NCBI RefSeq assembly: GCF_964204645.1
Contig: NC_134030.1
Location: 10,685,947-10,749,946, forward strand
DNA from: Tubulanus polymorphus
Taxonomy: Eukaryota; Animalia; Nemertea
Length of the DNA stretch: 64,000 bases
Reading direction: 5' to 3'
The number at the start of each line of letters is the position of its first letter. The first letter of the stretch is position 1. This document shows positions 1 to 13,700 of the stretch, piece by piece. The notes beneath the pieces were generated by a model. It saw nothing but the letters and a program-made list of their open reading frames with translations, was not told the DNA's origin and searched no databases. The translations under genes were made by a program, and so were the position numbers.

Positions 1-175
1 TGCTATTTCAGCCTGTGTACAACTGTTCCAATCAATTACAGTTTTAGGGGAAAAAAGAGTTCATGAACTAATCGGTTCTTGTTTTCGGATCGCCTGAAAT
101 TTCTTGGAGTTGTTGGACCTCGTGCAAGTGCTTCCTTGTGCGATATGGTGGGTATGGCTACTTCTCCTAATATGG
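1..175 (-). mobile_element. Decayed LINE (CR1/L2 group) ORF2 3' end
   Basis: Minus-strand translation across frameshifts gives TRSNNSKKFQAI..RTD*FMNSFFPKTVIDWNS, typical of LINE ORF2 C-termini. Confidence 0.55.
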
Positions 176-1122
176 TCAGAAATATAAAGTTCAAATTTTA
201 ATAAAGGACCATCTGTCCAGTAGGAACTACTGAATACATTTTAGTCTTGAGCACAAATCGATTTGCTCCTGGATTTGCAAAAACGTATAAACAGCTGATA
301 AAGATCAAATCATGGTAGACTGTGTAGTAAGCATGTTCAACTTTCTACGGAAGCCCATTGGTGACATACAAGATTATCTTTAAACAATTTCAACTTATTA
401 AGCCGAAATTTGACAGAATCAGTCGAAATTCGTCGTAATAAGTCAAAATTCGACTCAACAAGTCGAATTTCGAGTTTTTAAACTGCATATTTGACCTCGG
501 CTTATACACTGGCAAATTCGGTTAATATAAAAATATGCATATATGCATAGGTACAAATATGAATTTAAACATTTGATTCATTTCAATATCTAACTCCTCT
601 GGTGGGGAGAACAATAACACACCATACTCCTAATAGGGCACGAGAACTGATGAAACTAAGATGGCCATATGGTCACAAGGACACAATATCAAAAGCGTGA
701 TCCTATATGAAAATAGGAAATACAGAAGGGCTGAGCTGCCTGTACTGGGCATAATTAGTTCATGCAACTGCATAGTGCTACTGCAAAAAATCTGTTATTG
801 CTGCTTTGCAACTATATTTTCGACATCAAGATTCAAGTTAACTGCGACTTGGACACAGTTCTAGAGCCCAGAAATGTGGATTCCGGGAAACTGGCTACGG
901 TAGCTTCAAATTTAGCCTTGACTTGACCCGCGTCAACTGTTTAGACTAAGAAGCATTTGGGACAGCAATAACGTCTATGGGAAAGCATTGACGATACTAT
1001 TAGATGAATTTGATCGGAGACAGTTACATAGATGTCTCTTCTCATTCCTTACAGGGGAACTGCCAATCTGCTGACGTAATAATTTTCTATGACAACACCG
1101 GACGCCCTCAAGAATATCTCAC

Positions 1123-1755
1123 CTCAAGTTTTGTGTTTGCTTCAATGCGGTATTTCCACCATCTTGTCTGCTCGGTTACTTCGGTGGAATTTAACCGGTT
1201 CTGCGATAATATATCGCGAAAAGTTGCAATAATATCCTTGCCCTATAAAAATAAGCGATAAAAGTACATCTCCATAATCATTATTTATGAGCATATATGA
1301 ACGAGAAAATTTTTTGTTTACCATATATACCGTTAGTTGTCGAATTTCTAGACCTAAAATCATTGAATTTAGTCAATGTCAATTTTTGGGTCGACATTCA
1401 CAGAAATACTTTACGGCATAAGAAGTTTTTTGAGTAACAGGGTCCAGAAAATTACTAAACGAATATCAATGCCATATGGGAAATAATAAGCCCAAATAAG
1501 GGTGTGCAAGTACTATAGTTTATACTGGGCTGTAGGGCTGTGACCATAGATATTTTGCTTATGATTTCGATAAAAATCAATAATAATTTCATTTTTCATT
1601 TAACTATAAGGGAATACATGTACAAGATATAATAATGACAATAGTGATTATGTATAGTAAATGAAGGAAGCAGTGAAAGCCTAGAAGCTGTACAGGTCAC
1701 TGCACCTAAAAAGAAATATATCAAAATAATTATAGTAGTTATAGCGTAAATAATG

Positions 1756-1797
<42 letters not shown>

Positions 1798-4700
1798 GTA
1801 TGATTTGTTTAGGGGCGAATCAAGGGGTCTCATGAGACTTACACAACAGTCTCTCCAAATTCTGATAAGCATATAATCTTACTGAAAATTACAAAAAAGG
1901 TGAAAATGGTTCTCGGGCTAAAACTCTGAAATTATGATGTGTTAATGGTTCCCATTGCATTTCGGATATGTCGTATCTGAGGCCAAAAGCAAAATTTTGT
2001 CAAGACAAGTTTCGACCCTGTTCCTCAGTTATGAGGTCATCTTCAAGGTTTGTTGCTGAAAAACAAGAATTTTTAGTTTCTAGTTCTGCCACTACGTGGC
2101 GCTGGGTCTGTTCTTTGCACTGCACAACTTGACCCCCATACTAACATTGTACCCAAGTTTCAGCAAGATCGACCTATTGTTAACAAAGCCAAGTGGTTGA
2201 AAGACAGACATACAGATAGGCTCTAGTACAAGAATAAGGGTGTCATGGAAGCCTGAGAACCAATAGGGGCCCCATTTGTTGATCTTAGTATATTGATAAT
2301 AGATTTCGACGCTCGAAGTTGACACTTACATTTTCAGTGAAGCCTTCGACTCGGCGAATGATCACCGGCGTCCGGCTGGAAAATCGACTTATAAACAACT
2401 GATCCTGTCCCGCTACGCTTATCACAGTTAGCTGGCAAACAATCCAATCCTCCGGAAAATTCTACAAACAGAACAGTCAGCACCGTGAAAAATAGATAAT
2501 AATGATAATGATAAATGATTCTAGACGATTTCCACGATGCTCAGTAGGTCAAGGAGTCCGCCATACCTGAATGGACTTCTCGAAAGACGTTCTTGTCTGT
2601 AAGAATTGCACATCTGTTTGGTAAGTTTTAAGATTAGGAAGCAGTTTAGCTGATTGGTGGTTACCGTTATCCCTGATGCATTTCCTGAATATAAAAAGAA
2701 AGAAACTAACTGTTATGGTGTTCTCAACGACAGATTTACAGGGGTGGCCACCCCTTTCATTTAAACAGCCACCCCTTACAAAAATATCTACTGCCCCTAT
2801 TCAGAAATAGAAGATCACACCAAAACCAAGCTTAAGTTTCTGTATTTTTGAGGGGCTGAAAGCCTTGCTACTTCAGCAGCCACGATGTCATACACTAAAC
2901 AATGAATACTAGCATATGGAGAACGCGCTGCATACAGGGCGACCGCTTTTATTTGACTTGCTTTTTCCCCTGACTGTTCCTCGACATGAATGTGGTTTTC
3001 CCTGACTTGATCTTCTGAGAATTCAATCAATTGACGCAGTCAAATTTGTATGACATTGACAAAAACTACGCACAATCTAGCAATATCAACAGATTTCCCA
3101 AATCTTTTAGCTTTTTGTCAACAAAATTCCTTGTCTGTTCCCTTTTTTATAGAATAAAAATTTCCCTGAATTTTCCCTCATTTCCAGCTAAGCGGCTACC
3201 TCGCGCATAATATAGGGAACGCCATGCAATCTGCAAATTCGGCAATTCCGCCGTACGATCCTATACCGTACCTCCTTTTCATGTATGTATTGACGATGAG
3301 TTGATGCCTGAAGGTGACAGCCATGCTCTCCGTTAGGTAGAAAGCTGCGTCGATCGCATTTCTCAGACGGTAGTGAACGAGCGCCAACGCGTGACAGATA
3401 CATCGATAGAGAACGGCTTGTGGGAAATGTTTCACGAGTTCCAACGTGGATTCGAGTTCTGCGATCAACGCGTCGTCGTCTAATTCCGCGGCTGAAATTG
3501 ATTTCAAACATAACATCGTTAAAACGAGATCGCTTATCAGAGCCCAGTGCACGCGTCCATCCAATTTTCATGGGAACTTGATTCATTTTTCACATAACTA
3601 TACAAATTCAATCGAGCGCCGACACCGGCACAACTACTGCTACAAGCAAGCATCTGTCGGGTCTGCTAGCACTAACTCAGTTTTGCTGATTTGAGACTGA
3701 CGAAATGAGAATCCGGGTGATAACCCTTTCAGTACCGACTTATACGTAGTTATCCTGAAGTGTCGGAGATAATTTGAAAACTTCAATCCCTGTGCATTGT
3801 AAAATGGGCATACCGCTAAAGGCCTAGTGCGTCTACAATGTGCTACGATGTATTGCTAATTGCTAATTTCCTGACATTTGACAAGTGCTGACATCTTTGA
3901 ATAGAGATTATAACTGATAACTAATGGGGTACTAGCAAAACCAGCTATCCCGTCAGATGGCGTGATGAGCAGTAGTTCTTCCGTTCTCAAAATTAGTTCA
4001 TTTTCGATGAACTTTGAACCAGATTTTTAGTCTCCCCAATCATATATCACAGCACAAACCAAATATAAATACTTTCATTCTTCTGCTCGGATATCGGTAT
4101 AGTTTCTTAATTGACTCATTTAAGAGAAAAGTTTATTGCCTGCCAAACACGTATTGGTACGGTTGACCTGTTTCTTAACTCTAATCATAGATGGCAAATT
4201 CATCGCGCAACACCAGTTAGTTTAATGCTTTTTACTACTAAAACAGATTGTTATCAGTCATTCTATGCAGAGTGTCACTGTCAGTGACGTCATCTATTGA
4301 AATGGGGGCTGAACACGCATGGAGGGCATATTTACTGCAAAAGACCCCCCTCTGGACTGGTGATTGCTACAATTTGTATCGCTCTTAGAAGAAATGCTGC
4401 TGTTTTAACATGAAAAAGCAAGACCAGATGAACAAAAAAAAAACAAATTTAATGAAAATTTCATTTCTAGTTTTTGTTTAATGAATCTGTGAAAAACACG
4501 GTTATCCTGGCAAAGCGCAGCATAATCGTGGCAGGCAAAGAGTTGAGAAAAGTTCATTCAGATTTAATTGAAATGAAGATGAAATCGAACGCAGACGACC
4601 AACTATCTACTGGCAAACCTAGCAGATCATCGCCTGCCATAGAATCCTTGATTGCCACAGTAGCACTGCGGGTACCCCATTAGACGGATACACTACGATG

Positions 4701-7700
4701 CAGGGTACTGTAATGTTCAGAACCAATTTAGACATCGCACTGCAGTGAAGATGCACTGAAAGCGTTAAGATTTTAGAAGCAATTATATCTGAATAAAATC
4801 AAAATTTGATTGACCTGAATCAGGCGGATCAAGTCTACCGTATTTGAAACTTACACAACTTTTCTCCAGGGCTTTCCTCGTAAATCTGTACTTTGCGTTG
4901 TTGAACCTTTTTCGCCCGACCATTCCTGGCCGGAGCGAGCCTTCCACATAGTTGACTTCTTCTCGTCAACTCTTTCTCATCGTAGGACGATTTCTTATTA
5001 CTATGCCCTCTAGTGGCAGGTCGAAGCGCGGGTTCGTCATTTTCTTCATCGCTACAAGCGCGCATAATTTCGATATCCGACGGAGAAACGTCGACATTCT
5101 CCTCCGCGAACACCGGCGGTAAATCTTCGCAGCAGCACAAAGCGATATCGCAGCTTTCGTGATACGACGAATCGGATTCGGACTTCGGCGCGGACGAGAT
5201 CGATAATTTCTCGTAGACGAACGCGCCATCGGTTTCGTCTTCGAACGCGTGATTGCCGTTCGCGACGCCGACGACAGCTCGTTGCTTTTCAGCGGCGCTC
5301 GACGCTAACGCCGCCGTCCGTCTGCTACGAGATCTCCGCGTAACTATGTTCGATTGCTGCGCATTGCTCGACGATCGGCGAGTTTTCCCAGCACCGACCG
5401 AACTATTTGTATCCGGTTCGTGTCCGTCGTCGCGACAGATCTCGACGTAGTTGCTATCGAAGTCTTTTTCGCGGCGTACTCGTCGTTTCATCGCCGTCGG
5501 TTTTCGTTTCGCTATCGCCGTCGAATCTTCGCCATCGGATTCCGCGTCGATGTCGTAGATGCTCATGTCTACGTCGTTTCCGTTTTTCAGATGATTGCTC
5601 GCGGATGACTTCGAACCCTTCGGCTTTTCGTCGTCCGGGAATTTGTTACTCGGTTTCAAAACCGATTTCAGTAAACTTTTCTCGCCGTTGCTCGCGCGAA
5701 CTCGCCGATTATTCTTGCGCGTTTTCTTCGCTGATTTGACGATATTTTGACTGCTGTCCTCTTCGTTTTCGTCGCTTTCCATCAGCCAGTCAAGAACGGC
5801 GCGTCGAGATACATCCACCGGCCGGGGCGTCGTCGGCAATTTCTTCAACTGGCTCAAATCGGATGCCTCGCGTTCGTCGACATTTTTTTTCGTCAACTTC
5901 GAAACATTCCGACCGCTTTTCAATACTCTCGACGCCGGCGTTTGCAAGTCATTCACGACTAGGTTTTGATCGTCGCTACATTTTGGAGGTTTTGTTTTTC
6001 GAAGCGGCGTCTCGCAGCCGGAGCCTTTGACTAGAGAATGAATCGATTTCGACGACGACGCCGACGCACGCTCGCCAGCGGTCGGACGATTTTCTATGGA
6101 ATGCCTGTTTTCTGTCGGCGTCAACGTCTCCGAAAAATCTACGCGCGCGATTCCGTCGATCAAACGGTCTAGTTGCGAACTGACGCGAATTTTAAAACGC
6201 TTCAGCGCGTTCGCGATCTTCAGATAATTCACGCGCGCGAGCCTCGTCGAATCTTCCAAGCCGTCGGCGGATAGGATCCGCGAGCAATCGTCGACGTGTT
6301 TGGCGACACCAGCCGCGTCGTTTTCGTCGAGCGAAACGCTCGTCATTTCGACGTACAAATCCAAAACCGCCGCTTTCATCGGCGTCACGATATTTTGACG
6401 CGGCGCTTTCGTCCTCGCGGTTCGCGCGACGACCAGCGATTTCAATAACGGCGCGAGCGCATCTTCGAACCAGGCCTTACGACGTTTGTTCAATCGTAAC
6501 GCCGCGCGAATGGCTTTACGCGCGGCCGTATACTGTTCCTGACGGCGAAGACACGCGGCTTGTATGCCGTACCACGTCAGATACAGCCAATGCAACGCGA
6601 AATCGGCGCATCTCTCGCACAAGCAGTCATCGGCGTGTTCAGAATCGGCGAACACCGTTTTAACGCTCATGCGTTTCATACTCGGCGAACTGGCCAAATT
6701 CTGCGCGCGCTTCGGCCAGTAATCGCCATCCAACGGTTTCGTTTTGATGAAGGCATCGAACCCGAAGCAATCTGCGGTTTCGTCTTTGTCGGATTCATCG
6801 ATCAGTTTCGAAGACGGTTTGTTTTCTTCCTCTTCGCCCGATGACCGGACCCGGCTTATGACGCCGTCCGTCGGTTGTTGCCGCGTCGATTGGATAACGT
6901 GTTGACATTGATCCAAGTGCGTCTCGCATTCACTCAGACAACCGGTCAAATTATTCAGCTCGCCGATCGCAAGGAAAAACTGCAAGACCCTGTATAGGAG
7001 AAAGGGTACATTTTTCGGTCATTACAAAAAATAATAGAAGACCCGAGTCTTACATAGTAAAATCGACTGAAAGAAATAATTTCGAGAATCATGAGACATG
7101 TTCTCTTAGTTCTGAGGCAGATAGTGATGCCAATGCAGAAAACATACATGCACTATGGCGCATTGTTTGAGAGATGTTGCATTGCATTGCCTTTTTAGAA
7201 GTGAGTTCACCTCACTGATTTTGATAAGATGTTTGATTTGACTACTATATGTTATCATACCAGGTCCAACAATTTACAACAACTATAATATGGAGAATAT
7301 GTCGATTGTGTAAAAGCAGATCTTTTTGCTCATAATGATAAAATGGCTGAATGGATGACGGCAATTCATGTGATACGTCACATCCGCCCTTGCCAGGGTC
7401 CAGTAACTCGCTTCCACCAGTGCCCTGGCCTCACAACGCGTGATTTCATTACTGGTGCACATGACGCCAATAACATAATGTTATGAGATTTGTCAAACTT
7501 GCCAAAATACTTCCTTGTACGCTAAAATGTTTACTGATTGGACTATTTAACTGGAAATTCAACAGAAGCACAATGTGGTTTACTATAATTAGCAGATTTT
7601 TAAGTTATTTTGAAACGAAATGAAATTACACAACCTTTTGAATTCAAGACATACATAAGTGGATTTTAAGACGCTAGGTCCACGTATCATAGGATGAATT

Positions 7701-10700
7701 AATAGCTTTTTGTATGTAGAATATTAGCCCGGAATCTTACACGCATATAAGACGTCATTGGAATCAAACTACCGTATTTTCTGGCCAATAAGCAGAGGGC
7801 AGTTTTTTAGCCTAAAATACATGGATTTCATAAAGCTTCGCCCAATAAGCCGAGGCCCTTCATCAGAGATTTTAATTCACTGATTTGTCAATTAGTTCGT
7901 CTTAATTGATGATTTAAGAGGCTGACTGATTACTATACACACAGCCATACACGCAGTATGCGGCTCACTGCTGATTTGCATATATACTAATGTATGAACT
8001 GACACGTGGTAGTACCATGAACTCGCGCGTTATATAAATGTATACCATTGCCGCTGTGCGGTGATGGAACAATCAAAGTAAAAATAAAATAGTTCAAAAT
8101 AGATTATAATTGGTAGTAAATAATGACCTCAAATAAATATCGACCACTTTTCTTGATTTTGACGATCATTGAGAGCATTAGAGTGGCATAGATCAGGAAG
8201 TGATTTTTTATGTCAGATCGTATCCGCCCAATAAGCCGATCACGATATTTTGGGTAAAAATCTGAGGCTAGAAAATCGGCTTATTGGCCGGAAAATACGG
8301 TACTAAATAAATTGTTTCGTTGCATTCTGCTACTGACCTTCTGGGAAGATTGAATCCTTGAGCGATGTGTAATCCTTCGAGTAAATAACATTTCGCTTCG
8401 CGACAAGCACCGGCATGTCGATAATATTCTGCGCTTAGTAACAAAGTCGTGAGCACTTCGTTCAACACACCCCACTGATCTGTACTACACGTATCTGTGA
8501 AATGAAAATATCAGAGAATGCTAAACATTTTATGAACTGCAAGGTTACCAACCTCTGAGAAGTTCTATTAGTACGTAAAAACGTCAATTTTGGAAATACG
8601 AAAGTATTTTATAAATAGCGCTAAATCCAGCTCATAAAAAAACCACTCAGAGCACTTCACATAAAAGCCTCAATTAAAGAGGAAATGTTTAAGTTGCCTC
8701 CTGAAGATCTCCAAAGATGTTATAGACCGGAGGTCTCCAGGAAGCCGATTCCACAGGGTCGGGCCATTGATGGAAAAGGCTCAAGACCCGAAACACTTTC
8801 AATTGTATCTAGGGACTGTCAGTGAGATAAAGGCAGAAGAACGGAGAGGATGGCAAGGGACATGAATATGAATGAGGTCACAGAGATATTTAGGAGCCAA
8901 ATTATGTATTCACCGGAAGATGAAAATGAGAACTTTGTACTTGATTCTTTGTTCTTATGAACAGCATCAGGAAATACTGAAGAGTTGTTATCTTGACAGG
9001 CCCAAGTAATAGGCTAGCGTACTAGTAGTAAATATTCCGTGTATTAGCTAGCATAACTTGATAGGAATTTTAGAATTTATCGTATTAAATGAAGAGTACA
9101 AAGTTATAAAGCCCTGATGACAGGTATGGACACATTTCGCGGGGAAAACATGTTAACGAAATAATTCCATTTCCCAGTGTATTATTTCCGAGTTTTGCCC
9201 GAGAGAAATTAATTCCCTGCGTTTTTCCGGAATTGCGGTCATCCTGAACTTACGTACGCACTTACCCCGTTTCAAAGGATTGTCAGTGTTCTTCACCGGA
9301 AATAGGTTCATCTTGTTGCCGATCAACGAATGAATAACCCCCGTATTCAGTCGTATTTCGTCGTAGACAAGCGCGAGAACGCCGTCGAGATCGTCGGTCG
9401 CATACACGACCGTCGTCGCGTTCGGCAAATACCGATGCAGCGGAACGAAGTAGAATTTCGCCAATGACCGGCGGACGAACGCTTCCAGTTTGATATTGCG
9501 CAGGGTATTTACGGAGCAATGTTGCTCTCTCAGCGTATTAGCATTCATTATCAACTTGTACGCTTCTGCTACCTGAAAATATTTACCAGAATTTCAAAAT
9601 TTTACAGTTTTAAGGGTATCCTTCAATATGTCCTGATGACCACAGTCACCACCAGTGCCAATTATTGGAATTTCAGAGCTTATCTTTGTATTTCCTTGTT
9701 TTTCATCACAATTTAATCAGAGTAATTTGATATAGTAGTTTCATTGAAAATGAACTAAAAACTAATTCTGATTTTGAGAGCATTTTGATATTTTTGGGAT
9801 AGCATCGGTAGTCGGTAATATGCTTAATGGCAACAAAAAATTGATCATCATCAGCACCCAAAACCTTTCTGTGGGATTACACTTTCGAGAGAAGTCATCA
9901 GAATGGTTACAAACCAACAAAATAGATTGATCATCGGTTAGTGAGATACAATATTCATTGAGTGTAAGCCGTTGGTCAAGTTCATCCAGGTTCATGGGTT
10001 CAAATCCTGGTGTAGGCAGAGTTGCCGTGTCGAAGGTTGGCCTCTTGATCAGGAAAACGAAACCTTGAGCCAGCTACATTAAACCTTGTCTAACTAGGAA
10101 GTCAGATAATGATTGAGTTTTTTGTGCGAGTTTGTCAAAAGTCATGCCATGTCTTATTTTTAGGCGAGGTCAACTCTAGAAATGCCCAGAGTGGCAATAA
10201 TGAGTTGAGGGATGAAAAAAGAATTCACCTTTCCGGATAATCGAAGATATTCAGCCCGGACAGTCTGCGCCGTTATTCTCAGATTCCAATCGTTGTCATT
10301 GTCATCGGCGAGCGCTTGGTTCAACTGCTCGACGATGATCGAAGCGTGCTCCAATTGTCCGAGATTGCACAGTAAAATTATCAATCGTATCAAATTCTCG
10401 ATGTATACCCTCACGACCGCGACGGACGACAGTCTCTGCTCCTCCTTACACAGCTCGTTCACTAACCGAAGACAACGCAATTCATGAAGAGGCTGAAAAT
10501 GTAGAAATACGGTATGTCGAATGTGGTATTGAACGGGGTGGCCACTTTTATTTGACTAGCTTTCCCCCGACTTTTCCCGGAGCACTCCCTGACATGTATG
10601 TTGTTTTCACAGACTGGATCTGCTTGGAATCCGATCAATTAACAGTCAAATACGTAAGACATAGATGGAAACTGTCAGACTTAACAAACGATGTAGCAAT

Positions 10701-13700
10701 CTCAACAAATGTCCATGACTTTTCCCCAAGTTGAAGCTTTTTTTACAAAATTCCCCAACTATTCCCTGACTATTTTCAAGAAAAGAAATTTCCCTGACTG
10801 GTTCCTGATACCCAAGGAAAGTGGCCACCATGTTGAATTGTAAAACAACCAGAGTAGGTGGCCTATTTGAATGAATGAAATTATAAAGAACCTTAAATGC
10901 TGCAGCAAGTGAGGATCTGCCTAGTTTTCGAGTATTCACTAGTATTAACAGTCTTCTGCATTCAATATCTTCCACTAAATTATTTCTTTCCAGTAGATTA
11001 ACTTTCAATGAAAAATGTATTGATATAATATACTGTTATAGAAACACTATTTTGTGAAACGACACAAGAAACATGTTTCAATTGCTGTATGCGATGTCTG
11101 GATAGCCAAACATGTACTAACATACAATACTGCTTTACTCATTGCTAATGTAGTTTTGATTTGTGTATGCTTCTTGTTTCAATATGAAGTACTGGCTGAT
11201 AACAGATGAACTTCAAACACATAAAACACAAAATTTTTTTCTGGTTTTTAGGTTTCTCTCGCATATGTGCAGCATGCCACTAGGCTTTGCAAACCGTCAT
11301 GCGGAAAAATAAATACGTTCCAAACCTTATATTGAGCCTTACCTTGCCGAATAAAGCATAGAGCGAAGCCATCGATTTCACGCATGGTAAAATAGTCATT
11401 TCCATAACTTCGTTCAACTCTCCGAAGGAAGTATCCTTTTTGCCACATCGGGGGACATAATCCTCCCACAGTTGGAGCGATTCATCTAAAATGACGATCA
11501 TCTGATATTCAGCGTCTAAAGTCGTCAAATCGGAGAATATATCGTCTTCATTTTCATCGATGTCATTGTCTTCATCATTCACTTTAGTTTCTTTCTTCTT
11601 CGGCTTCGGTAATGGTTTCATCTATGAATGCAAAGCCAAGCCGTTAGCACCAAGAATGGACTCAATATAAGATAGTAGACAGGCCTGTGTCGAGCTTTGT
11701 TTGAGAGGCAGTTCTATTTCGGGAAAAAAGGGCAATTTTTACCTTGAAAAGGACCATTTCCCTATTGAAAAAGGACATATCTATAGTAATAAGTGCCAGG
11801 GTACCTGAATAAATCATTTGAGTATGGATTGCTTTTCATTTCGAAAAATAAAAAAAACATGAAAATAGTATCCAAATTTCCCAATATCTTCTGATATTAT
11901 CAGGGGGTTTGTTCGGACACCCCTGGACCCCCGCTCGACACGGGCCTGGTATATGCAAGAAAATGCTATAAATTATTGATATTATATTTATCTAAGTCAG
12001 TTGTCAATCGAAGTGAAAGAAGTGGCAATATACCTCTTTGATTGTTTCAGAGTACGTAGCGATGAAGAGCCAATGCTTTGCCAGCGCCAATTCATACGAT
12101 AACTCGTTGCGATTCACTCCTTCCAGAAGTCGAACCGATTCAACGAAACATTCCAAAGCCGATCTGCGGATAGAAGGTACAGTGGTAGGAATTATTCAGA
12201 TATTGATATTTTCTTTTGGAGTAGATGAGCCCTTTAAAAAGAGTAGAAACTACTTCTAAATAGAAGTCATAGTCGGGTTTAGTGGTTACTAAGTATCATA
12301 CGTAGCAGGGAAGTATGTCAACAAACATCTTTGTGGTATAAATCTGTATTCAAACCTGTTTTGCGTGCTTTCTGTCCAGAGAGCTTGGCCTTTTTCGATG
12401 AGAACAACAGCTTTCTTCAACGGATTGCCATTTATACTCGACAACGACAGCAGAGCTTCGATAACTGAATTCTGTTCCGACGACAAAGAAGTCGATCTAA
12501 TTGAAATCAAACGAAAAATATTTCTCATCAATAACTGGTGGACAGGATAACAGGATAAATCCCAAGATTTATAAGGTACATTATGTATAGGCCTATGTTT
12601 ACCGTTTCTTGTATGCGTTAAGTTCTGCAATTAACAGTTTTTCAATGTCGACATGGCCATATTCTTTTGCGCTTGAATCAAGAGCATCCTTTAAATTTCT
12701 ATGAAAGAAAAAAAAAACAGTTGACACTTCCACAACAGGCCTTGTCCATGTAGCTTGGATTGAAAAATTTCTACCGGAGGTTGTTAAAACTTTGAGTTTT
12801 GACACTTAACCCCTAAGAAATAGGATCTTCCTGCATGTATTTCTTCAAAAATATCCAACTCAGAGGATGAAACCTAGCGTGTGACCTTCAGCGTGGCTCC
12901 TTGATCCAAGAAATGTATTTTATTTACTCCTGAACCCTGGCCTACAGATTCTCCTAGATCCACCTGAGATGTTATGAGCTACAACTCAGCAATCGACGGA
13001 GATAGACAAGTTGAGAGGCTATGAAGGAAACGTGAGCTAAATTCAAGAAGAGGCTAGGATATTGGAAATCAGCCATATGTAAGCCCCTGTGCTGCAAAGA
13101 AATTGTGACTCGGAAATGCCTTAAAAATGAATATTGACACTTGTGTTGAAAAGAGGTCAAGTACCTATTTGTATCCAAATCCGGCGCATCGCGTTTGATT
13201 TTCATCCAAACCTCAGCAGCGGCCGATAAATTGCTGTCATCTTCGAGAATACCCTGCACGACAACTTGCTGAGCTTTTGCCCACTGATTGGACTTCCGAT
13301 ACGCATCTGCACAACATTCGAACCAATACCATAATTTGACCTGAAATTAGGAATAATACATTTTGCGAGAAATGCAAAATCTTGGTATACAGGTATAAGC
13401 AACGGGAACAGTAAATATTCGAAAAGAAGTACCATTACAACGAGAAACTCATCGCAACAAACTTTAGGGAGCAGTTTTATTCAGTTTTTTCCCCATTATG
13501 TAGGTATCATTATATCCAGAATCGAACCATTTCATTTCGGGGTAACAATTTTTATCTATCGCGCTGGACAAATTGTAGCAATCGAATAATCATTTCCATT
13601 TTTTTTGTGTCATATGAATCACCTCTAGAATCCTTGATTTCGTGCAAGTCTTATCCATACGGCACCAGTCACCGAGATATCTAGCTCCGATTTCATAAAA

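Noticed and set aside
4590-4790. Possible additional separase exon
   Set aside because: The flanking exons (4855 and 3491) already join in phase, and the candidate frames are short or contain stops.
4966-6844. Alternative-frame and antisense ORFs over the large separase exon
   Set aside because: Expected shadows of a GC/CpG-rich coding exon.
9112-9155. CTGATGA possible hammerhead
   Set aside because: No stem II followed by a correctly placed GAAA.
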